A stretch of DNA of 64,000 bases, from the IMG/VR virus record IMGVR_UViG_3300049927_000072, positions 11,885 to 75,884 of that record; one strand, written 5' to 3'. The notes beneath the pieces are model-generated. The model made no database searches and was not told the origin of the DNA. It saw nothing but the letters and a program-made list of their open reading frames with translations. The position numbers and the translations under genes were made by a program. Origin of the DNA: a virus. Shown in pieces: positions 9,246 through 17,783 of this stretch (positions within the stretch are counted from its first letter, which is position 1; every line of letters begins with the position of its first letter).

Positions 9246-9606
9246 GGTTAATATCGAGTGATCTCAATGGCTTAGATGGTTAACGTTCCGACCGCATCAT
9301 GGTAAATAATTAACGTTAACGCATTGATACTGCTGCATTAACCATGTTCATTAACCCTAACGCGGCCGAGTAGGTGCTGTTAACGTTAATTCGTAGGGTT
9401 AATGCCTACTACCAATAGTGTGTTGACAGATGTCCACACTACTAACTGTGGTAGATGCGTGCATTAACATTAATTAGTAGGGTTAACGTATCAAGTTCCA
9501 CACCAGTTGTTAACCATGTTCCTTAACTATCTCCATTCATCATGTGCATTAACGTTAACTATTAAGCATGCCGCTCGAAGGTTGGTGCCCCGGCGTTAAC
9601 CTTAAC
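9244..9606. promoter_or_regulatory. dense TTAA-box array (CtrA-like half-sites)
   Basis: 19 TTAA in ~360 bp; TTAACCAT/ATGGTTAA at 9244, 9276, 9338, 9510. Confidence 0.6.
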
Positions 9607-9810
9607 GGCCGGTCACGAGCTATGGGGTAGGGTTCCAATTCGGAATGATTTGCAAAAACGTGGTGTGTGCTTCTGTGCTCACTCTCTCCCAATTTTTCAC
9701 CTTAAAATCGAAAAAATAAAAAAGACGTTGACAAATAAAGTTCGCTGTCCGTTCCGCCTGCCGGGCCCCTGCCTGTTAACTCGAAATTCACCAAGTTCCG
9801 TGATCCAGCT

Positions 9811-9840
9811 TGCAACCTTCCCGGCCGCGTGTAGTTTGGC
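9811..9840 (+). promoter_or_regulatory. early sigma70-type promoter
   Basis: TTGCAA-N17-TAGTTT immediately before the first plus-strand early gene. Confidence 0.5.
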
Positions 9841-9843
9841 ATC

Positions 9844-10041
9844 ATGAACGGGAGACAACCGATGCCGACGCACTACGTGCAGGCAGACTATGAGCGGCGC
9901 GAGTATTACGTGATCGAGCACGCCACCGGTCGGCGCGTGGCGATCTATCGCTACGGAGTGCCAACCATAAGTTCGCGCCCCTCTGCGCAGGCGAGTGCGA
10001 ACGCGCACTGCAATACTTTGAACCGTGGGCGCACGTCATGA
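9844..10041 (+). CDS. hypothetical early protein
   Basis: first gene after the promoter; likely start at 9862 with a GGGAG RBS. Confidence 0.55.
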   Translation: MNGRQPMPTHYVQADYERREYYVIEHATGRRVAIYRYGVPTISSRPSAQASANAHCNTLNRGRTS

Positions 10042-10301
10042 GCTTTCACCTTGAGCGCTTCGAGGAATTTGCAGCTGGCGACGTGATCCGCGTCCTGCCA
10101 GAAGTGGATACCGCGTTCGGCGACGCTATCATCCTTGGTTTCAATACCAATGGCGACGCCAAGCTCTCGCGGCCTTACGGCTACGCACATAATGTCGGCA
10201 CGACTGCGCCCGTGTCATTGCTTGGCAGTGAGATTTATTCGCTGCCGCTGCGAACGATCCGGGTCTTGCAGCGTGTCGAGAGCGGCGGGAGGCGCGCGTG
10301 A
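10038..10301 (+). CDS. hypothetical early protein
   Basis: ATGA overlap with the previous gene. Confidence 0.6.
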   Translation: MSFHLERFEEFAAGDVIRVLPEVDTAFGDAIILGFNTNGDAKLSRPYGYAHNVGTTAPVSLLGSEIYSLPLRTIRVLQRVESGGRRA

Positions 10302-10519
10302 GTAACCCGGCATTCCAGAAACGTCATTACGAAAAAATCGCTGAGGCAATTCAAGAGGCGCGCGGCGACGCTTGCATCCACACCGCGCAGCATCCCGAAG
10401 CGATCAACGTTGTCGTCAATGAACTGGCCGACGCCTTCGCTCGCGATAATGGACAATTCCAGCGGGGCAGGTTCATCGCGGCTTGCGAATGCGGCGCGAA
10501 CGTGAGAGCGCGGTCATGA
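10298..10519 (+). CDS. small phage protein, RH(Y/F)..IA...LA..F..DN..F...RF..AC family
   Basis: FQKRHYEKIAEAI...LADAFARDNGQFQRGRFIAAC; paralogous to the cargo of 24055..24297. Confidence 0.7.
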   Translation: MSNPAFQKRHYEKIAEAIQEARGDACIHTAQHPEAINVVVNELADAFARDNGQFQRGRFIAACECGANVRARS

Positions 10520-10818
10520 CTGATCTAAGAAACATGACGCCCGAAGAAATTGCACGTCGGCGCGCGAGCGCTTACGAAGGTCGCGCCGAAGTCGGGCGCT
10601 TCGCACGAGCCCCGGGCTTCTACTCGCCGACCGTCATGGCCGAAAACATTCCGGATTGGTGGCCGACGTTCTACTATCGGCGGCGGCACATCAAGATGGC
10701 GGGGACCGAGAGCAAGCACCCGGTGCGAACACCGGACCGCCTCGTCTTTCTCGAAGTGCTCGCCCTTTGGAGCAAGTCGGCTCCCGACGATTGGCAGTAT
10801 TGGGAATGCGGACCATGA
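10516..10818 (+). CDS. hypothetical early protein
   Basis: start MTDLRN overlaps the previous stop. Confidence 0.55.
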   Translation: MTDLRNMTPEEIARRRASAYEGRAEVGRFARAPGFYSPTVMAENIPDWWPTFYYRRRHIKMAGTESKHPVRTPDRLVFLEVLALWSKSAPDDWQYWECGP

Positions 10819-11110
10819 GCAAAATGTATCGCAAGAACCCGCTGCCGGGCCACGCTTACCACACGAAGACGGATGACGAGCTTCGCACGCTCATGTTGGC
10901 AGACGACTACGAAGCGCTCGTGATCCTGCACTGGCACATCGCGCCGCCGGGAGATTGAACCATGAGCGAACGGCTGACACGTTTTTATGTCATGTGCCCG
11001 AAGTGCGCCAAGACGAGTGAGATCGTGTGCACGACGGCGCAACCGCCTGCGGTCAACTGCGGCGACTGCCTTGTGCAGATGAAAGTCATGGGCTCGAAGG
11101 CGTTCCGCGA

Positions 11111-11374
11111 ATGATTGTCTATCGTGTCTCAGTACGCGCGGCGACGTTGCATGCTCTCACGTGGGAGCAAGAGAACCCGCAAGCGACAGCGCGGCAGAAG
11201 CTTGCGGAATTTAATTCGTACGCCGCGATAGAGCGCGAGCAATTCGAGGCGATGCTCAGCGCGGGCTTCGAGCCAAAAGATTTTCCGACGCGATTGAGCG
11301 CGACGGTTTATGCAAATACGATTGCGCTCGCGTGCGGCTTTCAGCCGGACGTGACTGAAGTGAGCGCACTATGA
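11111..11374 (+). CDS. hypothetical early protein
   Basis: start MIVYRV inside a track ORF. Confidence 0.45.
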   Translation: MIVYRVSVRAATLHALTWEQENPQATARQKLAEFNSYAAIEREQFEAMLSAGFEPKDFPTRLSATVYANTIALACGFQPDVTEVSAL

Positions 11375-11422
11375 GTGCCGTGCTCGTGACAATACGTCCC
11401 CCGTTTGACACGAGCATGACCG

Positions 11423-11460
11423 GACGGGCGGGGAGTTGCAACTTCCCGTCCGTCTTTAAT
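11423..11460 (+). terminator. hairpin, likely intrinsic terminator or processing site
   Basis: GACGGGCGGGGAGT-TGCA-ACTTCCCGTCCGTC followed by TTTAATT. Confidence 0.55.
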
Positions 11461-11481
11461 TCGGGGACATAGGAGCGCTTT

Positions 11482-11940
11482 ATGGGCACGCGATCTCTGA
11501 CAATCATTATGCACAATAATGACGAGCTTTGCCGCATCTACCGGCAGAATGACGGATACCCATCCGGCCATGGGTACGAACTCGCCGAACTTTGCGACCG
11601 ATTGATTGTCAACGGCTATAGCGGCTCAATGACGAGTGCCGCAGGCAAGAGCTATCCGCGTGAGCAGCAAGCCAACGGCATGGGTTGTCTCGCCGCATCC
11701 GTCATTGCCGGACTGAAGGATGGCATCGGCGGCACCTATATCGAAAGGACCGGCGGCGAGATCAATGATTGGTGCGAGTACATCTACATCGTGCGCGGGA
11801 AAGAGGGCGACATCCCGACTATCGAGTGCACGACGCAGACCGGCCCGTGGCCGTTCAACGCCCAAGAGATCAGCAAGCACATTTTCACACTGCCCGCCGA
11901 TCAGGTAGTCGAGTACGTCAAAAAAATCGGAGCTTTGTGA
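11482..11940 (+). CDS. conserved phage protein (MGTRS...YRQxDGYP family)
   Basis: MGTRSLT...IYRQNDGYPSGHG...NGMGCLAA...EYIYIV; AGGAG RBS. Confidence 0.75.
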   Translation: MGTRSLTIIMHNNDELCRIYRQNDGYPSGHGYELAELCDRLIVNGYSGSMTSAAGKSYPREQQANGMGCLAASVIAGLKDGIGGTYIERTGGEINDWCEYIYIVRGKEGDIPTIECTTQTGPWPFNAQEISKHIFTLPADQVVEYVKKIGAL

Positions 11941-12207
11941 ATGATAGCTCCCCGGTGGATGACAATTCCACGATGGAAAGAATATCTCAAGCTGCTCACA
12001 CTTAACGTGGCGATTGGTGTGGCGGCTGTCATTGTTGCCCCATGGGTCGGGGTGTTGATAAACCGATACTGGGAATGGGTGTACTGGCTATTTGACCGGG
12101 GGCACGTATGACGCTGTACGACTACGTGAGATACCACATCGAGCGCCAGTACCGGCCGCGGTCGAATATTAAGCAAGCAAATGATGATCGCATAAACGAG
12201 ATGTCCG

Positions 12208-12492
12208 ATGTCAAACTATTACAATGGATCAGCGATTATCTGGATCGGAGCGAGTAACATGCTGACGCACGAAGCGGCCATCATACACCTGACAAAGCTT
12301 CGCAACATCTCCGCCGAAGCGGCGAAGGCTGCGCAGCGGCATAACAGGCGGCGACGATTTACTCAACGTCGTGAGGCGATGGCCGTCGTGAGTTACTTGC
12401 GCGATGTCGAAGCTCTTGACTTCGCGATTGCGGAGTTGACCGATTGGTGGCTGACGGCGGACCCGGAGGCAAGAAAGGCTGCGAGGAAATAA
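12208..12492 (+). CDS. hypothetical early protein
   Basis: in the early array; start may be 12259. Confidence 0.5.
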   Translation: MSNYYNGSAIIWIGASNMLTHEAAIIHLTKLRNISAEAAKAAQRHNRRRRFTQRREAMAVVSYLRDVEALDFAIAELTDWWLTADPEARKAARK

Positions 12493-12701
12493 TGGCGACA
12501 ACTTACACACTGAACGAGGCCGTCGGCCGCGCCATCGAGCGCGCTCGACAGGATGTCGACAGCTACTGCGTATTTCGCAATCGCGAGAGAGATTGCATCG
12601 TACGCCATGCTTGGGCTACTCCGCCGCGCGGTGATTTCGAACGCGTCTGCACCGCGTCATGCAGCGACACGACTAGCACGGTCGTAGTGAGGTTTTCGTG
12701 A
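12492..12701 (+). CDS. hypothetical early protein
   Basis: GAGG RBS; start MATTYT overlaps the previous stop. Confidence 0.5.
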   Translation: MATTYTLNEAVGRAIERARQDVDSYCVFRNRERDCIVRHAWATPPRGDFERVCTASCSDTTSTVVVRFS

Positions 12702-12922
12702 ACAGTAGCCCGGCCCGATATCAGTTCAAAGCAGTCAAGGCGTCGCCGCACGGTGGTCAAGAGGCGTTCTACGCTCAGGTGCGGCGCAATGACTGGGCCG
12801 ACGGCTACTGGCTCACGATTGCCAACCGCTTCGGAAATAAAATCTCATACATGACGCGCGAGTACGCTATCGCCGCCGCGGAATATTGGGCCGTGCAGCA
12901 TGGGATGAATGTCAATGAATAG
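12698..12922 (+). CDS. hypothetical early protein
   Basis: coupled ORF. Confidence 0.5.
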   Translation: MNSSPARYQFKAVKASPHGGQEAFYAQVRRNDWADGYWLTIANRFGNKISYMTREYAIAAAEYWAVQHGMNVNE

Positions 12923-13142
12923 GCGCGCCTTCCTGCTCGGATCGGCCGCGGTGCTTACCGCCGCGGCAATCCCTGCGGCGATCCCTGCAAGCAATCTCGG
13001 CATCCTTGGTGGCGAGGCCCTCAGCATCGCTGTGGATTTGTCCGGGCCGGTTTGGTATGCGAAGAATGGCGGCCCGTGGATGCTTCTCGAAGAAGTGGTC
13101 CCTACAGGAAAAAGGTATTTCGAAGGGAAGGTAACCCAATGA
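12909..13142 (+). CDS. small protein with twin-arginine-like N-terminus
   Basis: MNRRAFLLGSAAVLTAAA. Confidence 0.55.
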   Translation: MSMNRRAFLLGSAAVLTAAAIPAAIPASNLGILGGEALSIAVDLSGPVWYAKNGGPWMLLEEVVPTGKRYFEGKVTQ

Positions 13143-13363
13143 GCAGCCTGTACATCATCATCCGACAAGCGCCGATGTCATGCGACAACGGCGAAGACTG
13201 GCCTGCAATGTTCGCGGTATGGGAACGGCCGCACAATGGTCGCGGCGGGGTCAAGGTCAGTCAACACGCAACCGAAGACGCAGCGCTCGAAGCGAAGGCG
13301 CGGTACGAGATCGGCGACATGCGGCAACACCGCAATGGTCAGAAGGTCGGCATAGCTAAATGA
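13139..13363 (+). CDS. hypothetical early protein
   Basis: start MSSLYI, ATGA overlap. Confidence 0.5.
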   Translation: MSSLYIIIRQAPMSCDNGEDWPAMFAVWERPHNGRGGVKVSQHATEDAALEAKARYEIGDMRQHRNGQKVGIAK

Positions 13364-13635
13364 CAAACGCGCTCAAGTCGAAAGACGACGTGTTTATCGG
13401 CTTGTCTCTGTACGAACGTCTCTATCTCGTGAGCGTGCTCGGCTCATGGAAAAAGAACTTCTCGCCGCACGGCGCGCAATGGGAAGCCGAGATGTGCGAT
13501 GCGCTGATTGCGAAGTTCACGCCCACAGGGAAATAAGTCCTATGCTGAAAATTTTAATCGCGCTTCGCGCAGCTATTAACGATGTATCCCCAGATGCCTT
13601 GACAGACCGCGGACAGGCAAGTTAGACGAGCAAGC

Positions 13636-13902
13636 ATGAAAAACCGGGGGGCAGAACGCTACGACGATTACGGGCACCCGCGCCCTATTGATCCGGTCCG
13701 GCTCCGCCGTCCGCTCGGAAAATTTCTTCGCATCCTCACGCTATGCGCCGCCCTTGCCTTCGTGCTCGCTGTTCTCGTCCGCTGCGAGACGGTCGAATGC
13801 AATAAGCGCACGCAGTGGTGTCCGGCTGATCCGCGCGCCGAAGTGCCAGCGCCTGACAAGTTTTTTGTCGGGCCATCATCAACCCCAAAGAGGTTCAAAT
13901 GA
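13636..13902 (+). CDS. small membrane protein
   Basis: one hydrophobic helix; TTGACA box at about 13599. Confidence 0.5.
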   Translation: MKNRGAERYDDYGHPRPIDPVRLRRPLGKFLRILTLCAALAFVLAVLVRCETVECNKRTQWCPADPRAEVPAPDKFFVGPSSTPKRFK

Positions 13903-14228
13903 AACGACGCGGCCGGAAAAAGCGCCACTACAAGACGCGCACCAAGCTTGAAAAACCTTTCTGCGTAATTGCGGCAACCTCGGTCAACCGCTCGTGGTTC
14001 GAAACTGAAGCGGAAGCTATCGAGCACGCAAGCACGCTTCATAAAGGAAGCGCGAAATTGGAATGGTTGACCCGCCACTACGGCGGCAAAGAGAACATTC
14101 CCCCGTGGACAATGGATAAACTAAAACGGGATGCAGACGGGCCGCAGCCGACTTTTGCAGTCGTGCGCGTTACGGCAAAGGTTGGGTCGCCACCTGCGCC
14201 GCCGCGCTTGGTCACGTTATATAAATGA
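13899..14228 (+). CDS. hypothetical protein
   Basis: coupled ORF with GAGG RBS. Confidence 0.5.
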   Translation: MKRRGRKKRHYKTRTKLEKPFCVIAATSVNRSWFETEAEAIEHASTLHKGSAKLEWLTRHYGGKENIPPWTMDKLKRDADGPQPTFAVVRVTAKVGSPPAPPRLVTLYK

Positions 14229-14625
14229 GCACGGGTCTCCCATACGTCGTGGTCTGGACCGAGATCGGTGACGACTGCACTCACGTGCGGCACATCAAAG
14301 TCTCGACCGAAAAGGCAGCGAAGAGGATCGCGAAACTATTGCTCGCCAAGGACCACGAAGGCTTTGTGGAGGTTGTCAGTGACAACTAGACGGAAGATCA
14401 GCACATCACCTGCACTGGGCGCGCCGTACTGCGGTATGCGAATGCACGTGAGTGACGAAGAGCGCGCGGTCTACATGGAGAAAAACGGCTGGCCGTGTTC
14501 AAGCCGCGGTAACCTAAAAACAATTCCCGACTTGAGTATTCCTGAGTTGCGCGCTATTGCTGGCCTGTACGCAAAAGTTCTCGCAGACGAAGCGCAGAAT
14601 ATTTATCAACTCGAAAGGGCAGTCC

Positions 14626-14826
14626 GTGAGCGCGTCTAGGCCAACAAAGCAGGAAAGCATTCATCCGCGCGCGTACCGCGGCGACGGTGTCAAGAAAAAC
14701 ACGTGCGCCTCGAAAAATAAAGGCGTGACCGCTCGGAAAATTGCTGCGCTCGAAAAGCACCTTGAAGTTCACCCGACGGACAGGCATTCGCAATCGCATG
14801 TTCAGGCGCTGAGGGGCGCGTTGTAA
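14626..14826 (+). CDS. small basic protein with a ribosomal protein uS15-like motif
   Basis: KIAALEKHLEVHPTDRHS resembles the uS15 pattern I..L..H...H..D.HS; GTG start after AAGGG. Confidence 0.4.
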   Translation: MSASRPTKQESIHPRAYRGDGVKKNTCASKNKGVTARKIAALEKHLEVHPTDRHSQSHVQALRGAL

Positions 14827-14914
14827 TGGGTGCGCTATGGTGGTTCGAAACTATTTTGATATTCGCGCTGTTCGCATCGTACCTGACTAGCCTCGCTCTG
14901 CAACTCGGCTGGAT

Positions 14915-15016
14915 ATGAAACGCTCGGCGATCAAAAAAGATTTGAGGTCACCGAAGTACCGGCAGCGCGTCGTGCGAAATAAGAAACGGTACACGAGGAA
15001 GGGAAAGCAAAGATGA
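14915..15016 (+). CDS. 33-aa ArfA-like basic peptide
   Basis: manual translation MKRSAIKKDLRSPKYRQRVVRNKKRYTRKGKQR; below the ORF-track length cut-off. Confidence 0.6.
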   Translation: MKRSAIKKDLRSPKYRQRVVRNKKRYTRKGKQR

Positions 15017-15157
15017 CGTACTCTGCACGCGATAATCAGGTTTTCGCTCTCGATGAATTGTTCTTGACAGTGCACGAGACCGAACCAAATCGCATGGGCC
15101 TCATAACCGTCCGCGAGCAGGCTGCGCTCGTCGCAGATGTCTTGAACGGCACACCGC

Positions 15158-15340
15158 ATGCCGAATAGAGGCAATCACGTTCCGCGCGAAAGCAAGAGCA
15201 AATGCGTGCGCAACCTGACCACGGGCGACGTTCGGCGCGTCACGAACGCAGAGGCTGATCAGCTAACTCAAGACGGTTGGAATTTCGTGCCCAAGAGCGC
15301 GTGGCGCGCCGATATTCGCAAACCAGTTGTAGAGGCTTAA
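15158..15340 (+). CDS. small conserved phage protein
   Basis: KCVRNLTTGDVRRVTNAEA...GWNFVPKSAW pattern. Confidence 0.6.
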   Translation: MPNRGNHVPRESKSKCVRNLTTGDVRRVTNAEADQLTQDGWNFVPKSAWRADIRKPVVEA

Positions 15341-15342
15341 AA

Positions 15343-15555
15343 ATGGCGCAAAATAAAATTCCTACGAGCGCAGTGAGCATGTCGTGCGAGAAACTTCTCG
15401 CCTGTGCCAAAGCCGCAAAAGCTGCTTTGATCGATGAAATCAACGCTGGCAATCGAGACTGGGCAAAGCTGCAAATGCTGCTAGACGCTTATTCAGACTA
15501 TCAGACCGGGGCCGATGCGCTCGGTTACGGCGGATCAATCGAAAACCACGCTTAA
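15343..15555 (+). CDS. hypothetical protein
   Basis: start MAQNKI after GAGG. Confidence 0.5.
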   Translation: MAQNKIPTSAVSMSCEKLLACAKAAKAALIDEINAGNRDWAKLQMLLDAYSDYQTGADALGYGGSIENHA

Positions 15556-15585
15556 ACTCTTACCAAAATTTGAACCGGGGGGTTC

Positions 15586-16026
15586 ATGGACAATAATATT
15601 CTCGGGCCCGGCGATTGCGATTTTTCGCGCGTGCTGGCGACGGTCTACGGCCGCTCAATCTATCTAGGCGAGCACAACGGCATCGCGATATTCACACGCG
15701 TGAGCGTAGAGGATTACGAGTGGGCCTGTCAGTGGCGCTGGCGGTTCACGATGGATAAGCGCAAAAAGAAATACTACGCGACACGTAACACCCGCATCCG
15801 TTCCGAACACCGGCAAGTCACGCTCTTCCTGCACAAAGAAATTCTGATAGATCGTATGCACGCTGGACAGCCTTCCTACGAGCATCACATCGGGGATCAC
15901 GGCGACGGCGACAGTCTCAACAATGTCCGGACAAATCTGTCATGGGCAACCGCGTCCGACAATTGCAAATCGGCCAAGAGCCGCGCCGCGCAATGCCCGG
16001 TGACGAAGAGGTTCATCGCAGCATGA
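15586..16026 (+). CDS. HNH endonuclease
   Basis: FLHKEIL...GDHGDGDSLNNVRTNLSWATASDN. Confidence 0.8.
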   Translation: MDNNILGPGDCDFSRVLATVYGRSIYLGEHNGIAIFTRVSVEDYEWACQWRWRFTMDKRKKKYYATRNTRIRSEHRQVTLFLHKEILIDRMHAGQPSYEHHIGDHGDGDSLNNVRTNLSWATASDNCKSAKSRAAQCPVTKRFIAA

Positions 16027-16442
16027 CGCACCCCAGTTTTATCCGAGTGCTCGCCCGCGCCGACGCTGCTATGGAAGCGCGCGTCCAAACGCCAGAGTGT
16101 CAAATCGTTCCCCCGCTGCGTGAGATCGTGCATGCCGCGCAACTTGCGGTGATCGGCTCCGGCGATACGTCGCAGGCTCTGATCGACGAGAGCGAAAAGC
16201 TCGGATGGTGGATGTCAGCTGCGCTTGATGATAAAAATGTCTGCGCCGAAATGAAATCCAACATCAACGCATGGTTTGTCGCGCTCGAAAATTTTAACAA
16301 CGTGAGGCGCATTGCAGCCGCGCTGCCGAAAGCATACGCGCAGGTCTATGCGGAGATGCCGTTCGAAGTGAAACCGACTACCAAACGCAACAGCAAACGG
16401 GGGGTACCCAATGCTAAACGTAGGAAGAAGCGGAAAGCGTAA
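16023..16442 (+). CDS. hypothetical protein
   Basis: start MTHPSF, ATGA overlap; LGWWMSAALDD..VC.EMK motif. Confidence 0.55.
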   Translation: MTHPSFIRVLARADAAMEARVQTPECQIVPPLREIVHAAQLAVIGSGDTSQALIDESEKLGWWMSAALDDKNVCAEMKSNINAWFVALENFNNVRRIAAALPKAYAQVYAEMPFEVKPTTKRNSKRGVPNAKRRKKRKA

Positions 16443-16923
16443 GCCTACCTCGCTCTCGCGAGCGGTTTTCTATCTCGTCGTTCTTGCGATCCTGATAATC
16501 TTCGCTCAAATATTCGGCTCTAAGGCGCACGCCAGCCCGCGCTCGATGCAAGGCGTCGCCAATGTGGGGACGATTGCGCACCCGGCCGGGTGCCCGCGTA
16601 GCCTTTTCTGTGCGTGCGGTCTCGCGCAATACTGGGGCATCTGGCGTGCCGAATTGAACAAGGTGAGCAACTGGCCACACGAGTTCAGTCGCGCTAGTGG
16701 CCCGGGCGTCGGCGTCGCGGCCGTACGCATAGGTGGCGGCCATCATGATCACGTCATCGGTATCGTTGGCGGCTCGCCCGGCGCTTGGGAAGTCGTTGAC
16801 TTCAACTCAGGCAAGGGACAGTCTCACCACTACACCGCCGCAGGCTTTCCCGGATATATTTTCCTCAACGTCAAAGGGCAGGGGTTCGCATCAAATGACA
16901 ATTCACGCGCAAACAATTATTGA
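16411..16923 (+). CDS. exported CHAP/NlpC-like Cys-His hydrolase
   Basis: signal/TM segment ending AHA; HPAGCPRSLFCACG; AAVR...HVIGIV...VVDFNSG. Confidence 0.6.
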   Translation: MLNVGRSGKRKPTSLSRAVFYLVVLAILIIFAQIFGSKAHASPRSMQGVANVGTIAHPAGCPRSLFCACGLAQYWGIWRAELNKVSNWPHEFSRASGPGVGVAAVRIGGGHHDHVIGIVGGSPGAWEVVDFNSGKGQSHHYTAAGFPGYIFLNVKGQGFASNDNSRANNY

Positions 16924-17560
16924 TCGACAAGAAAGTCTCAAGCGTGAACTACTCGATGCGCCGCAATGCAGCTGGTCTGAAGCGGTCTTAAAAAACTACC
17001 GCTTCTACTTCACAGGCGTGCCGTGCGTACGCGGGCACATCTCGAAACGCAGCACATCGGACAAGGTGTGCGTGGAATGCAAACGAACTCGCAAGAACTA
17101 CTACCAGCCTAAAAAGAAGACAGACCTGCCAGCCGCGATCCTGTGCGGCGTCGAAGTGCGGATCGGCGAGCTTCGCGAATACGCCCGGAGCGGCAGATTG
17201 CCGTTCCAAGTTTTAGAGAAATCCGGTCTATTGTCGCCGGGCCTCGATAGCGAGATCGCCGGATATTACATTCGGGAAGGGATGGATCATAAGACCGGGC
17301 GCGTCTCGTGGGGCATATTCCAGCGCAACTGCGGCACGCGCATTGCATCATTCCTGCCGGGCTTCCCGCGTGTGGTATCAAACGTGAAAGACCTATACGA
17401 TGTCGCCTGCGAAAACCGAAGAGAGAACATCGCCGGACGAGTTGAGAAATTATCTGCGCGACAATTACGGGACATGCTTGAGAGGCACGGCATGCACGTG
17501 TGCTCGACTAGGGTGGCTCGGGACGGCGTGCCCTCACTGGCAGCCACTGGAAGTTTCTAA
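16895..17560 (+). CDS. protein with Zn-finger-like YFTGxPCxxGH...CxxC motif
   Basis: YFTGVPCVRGHISKRSTSDKVCVEC. Confidence 0.55.
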   Translation: MTIHAQTIIDRQESLKRELLDAPQCSWSEAVLKNYRFYFTGVPCVRGHISKRSTSDKVCVECKRTRKNYYQPKKKTDLPAAILCGVEVRIGELREYARSGRLPFQVLEKSGLLSPGLDSEIAGYYIREGMDHKTGRVSWGIFQRNCGTRIASFLPGFPRVVSNVKDLYDVACENRRENIAGRVEKLSARQLRDMLERHGMHVCSTRVARDGVPSLAATGSF

Positions 17561-17588
17561 CTACGCAACTCAGAAAGGAAATGCAAAA

Positions 17589-17783
17589 ATGTTCGACACA
17601 CCCCTCAAAGTGATGCTCTGGATTACGGTCGCGATACTTGCCCTCGCTTTCTTTTTCGGGCACGCCTCGGCACAGGTGATCGGGATCACTGATGCGAATG
17701 GCGGCACGACAATTGTAGTACCGCTCGGTTCGGCCGCGCCGCACATTATCGACGTGGAAGCGAAGCGCAAAGGGTGCGAGTAA
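17589..17783 (+). CDS. small exported/membrane protein
   Basis: AAAGGA RBS; hydrophobic N-terminus ending ASA. Confidence 0.5.
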   Translation: MFDTPLKVMLWITVAILALAFFFGHASAQVIGITDANGGTTIVVPLGSAAPHIIDVEAKRKGCE

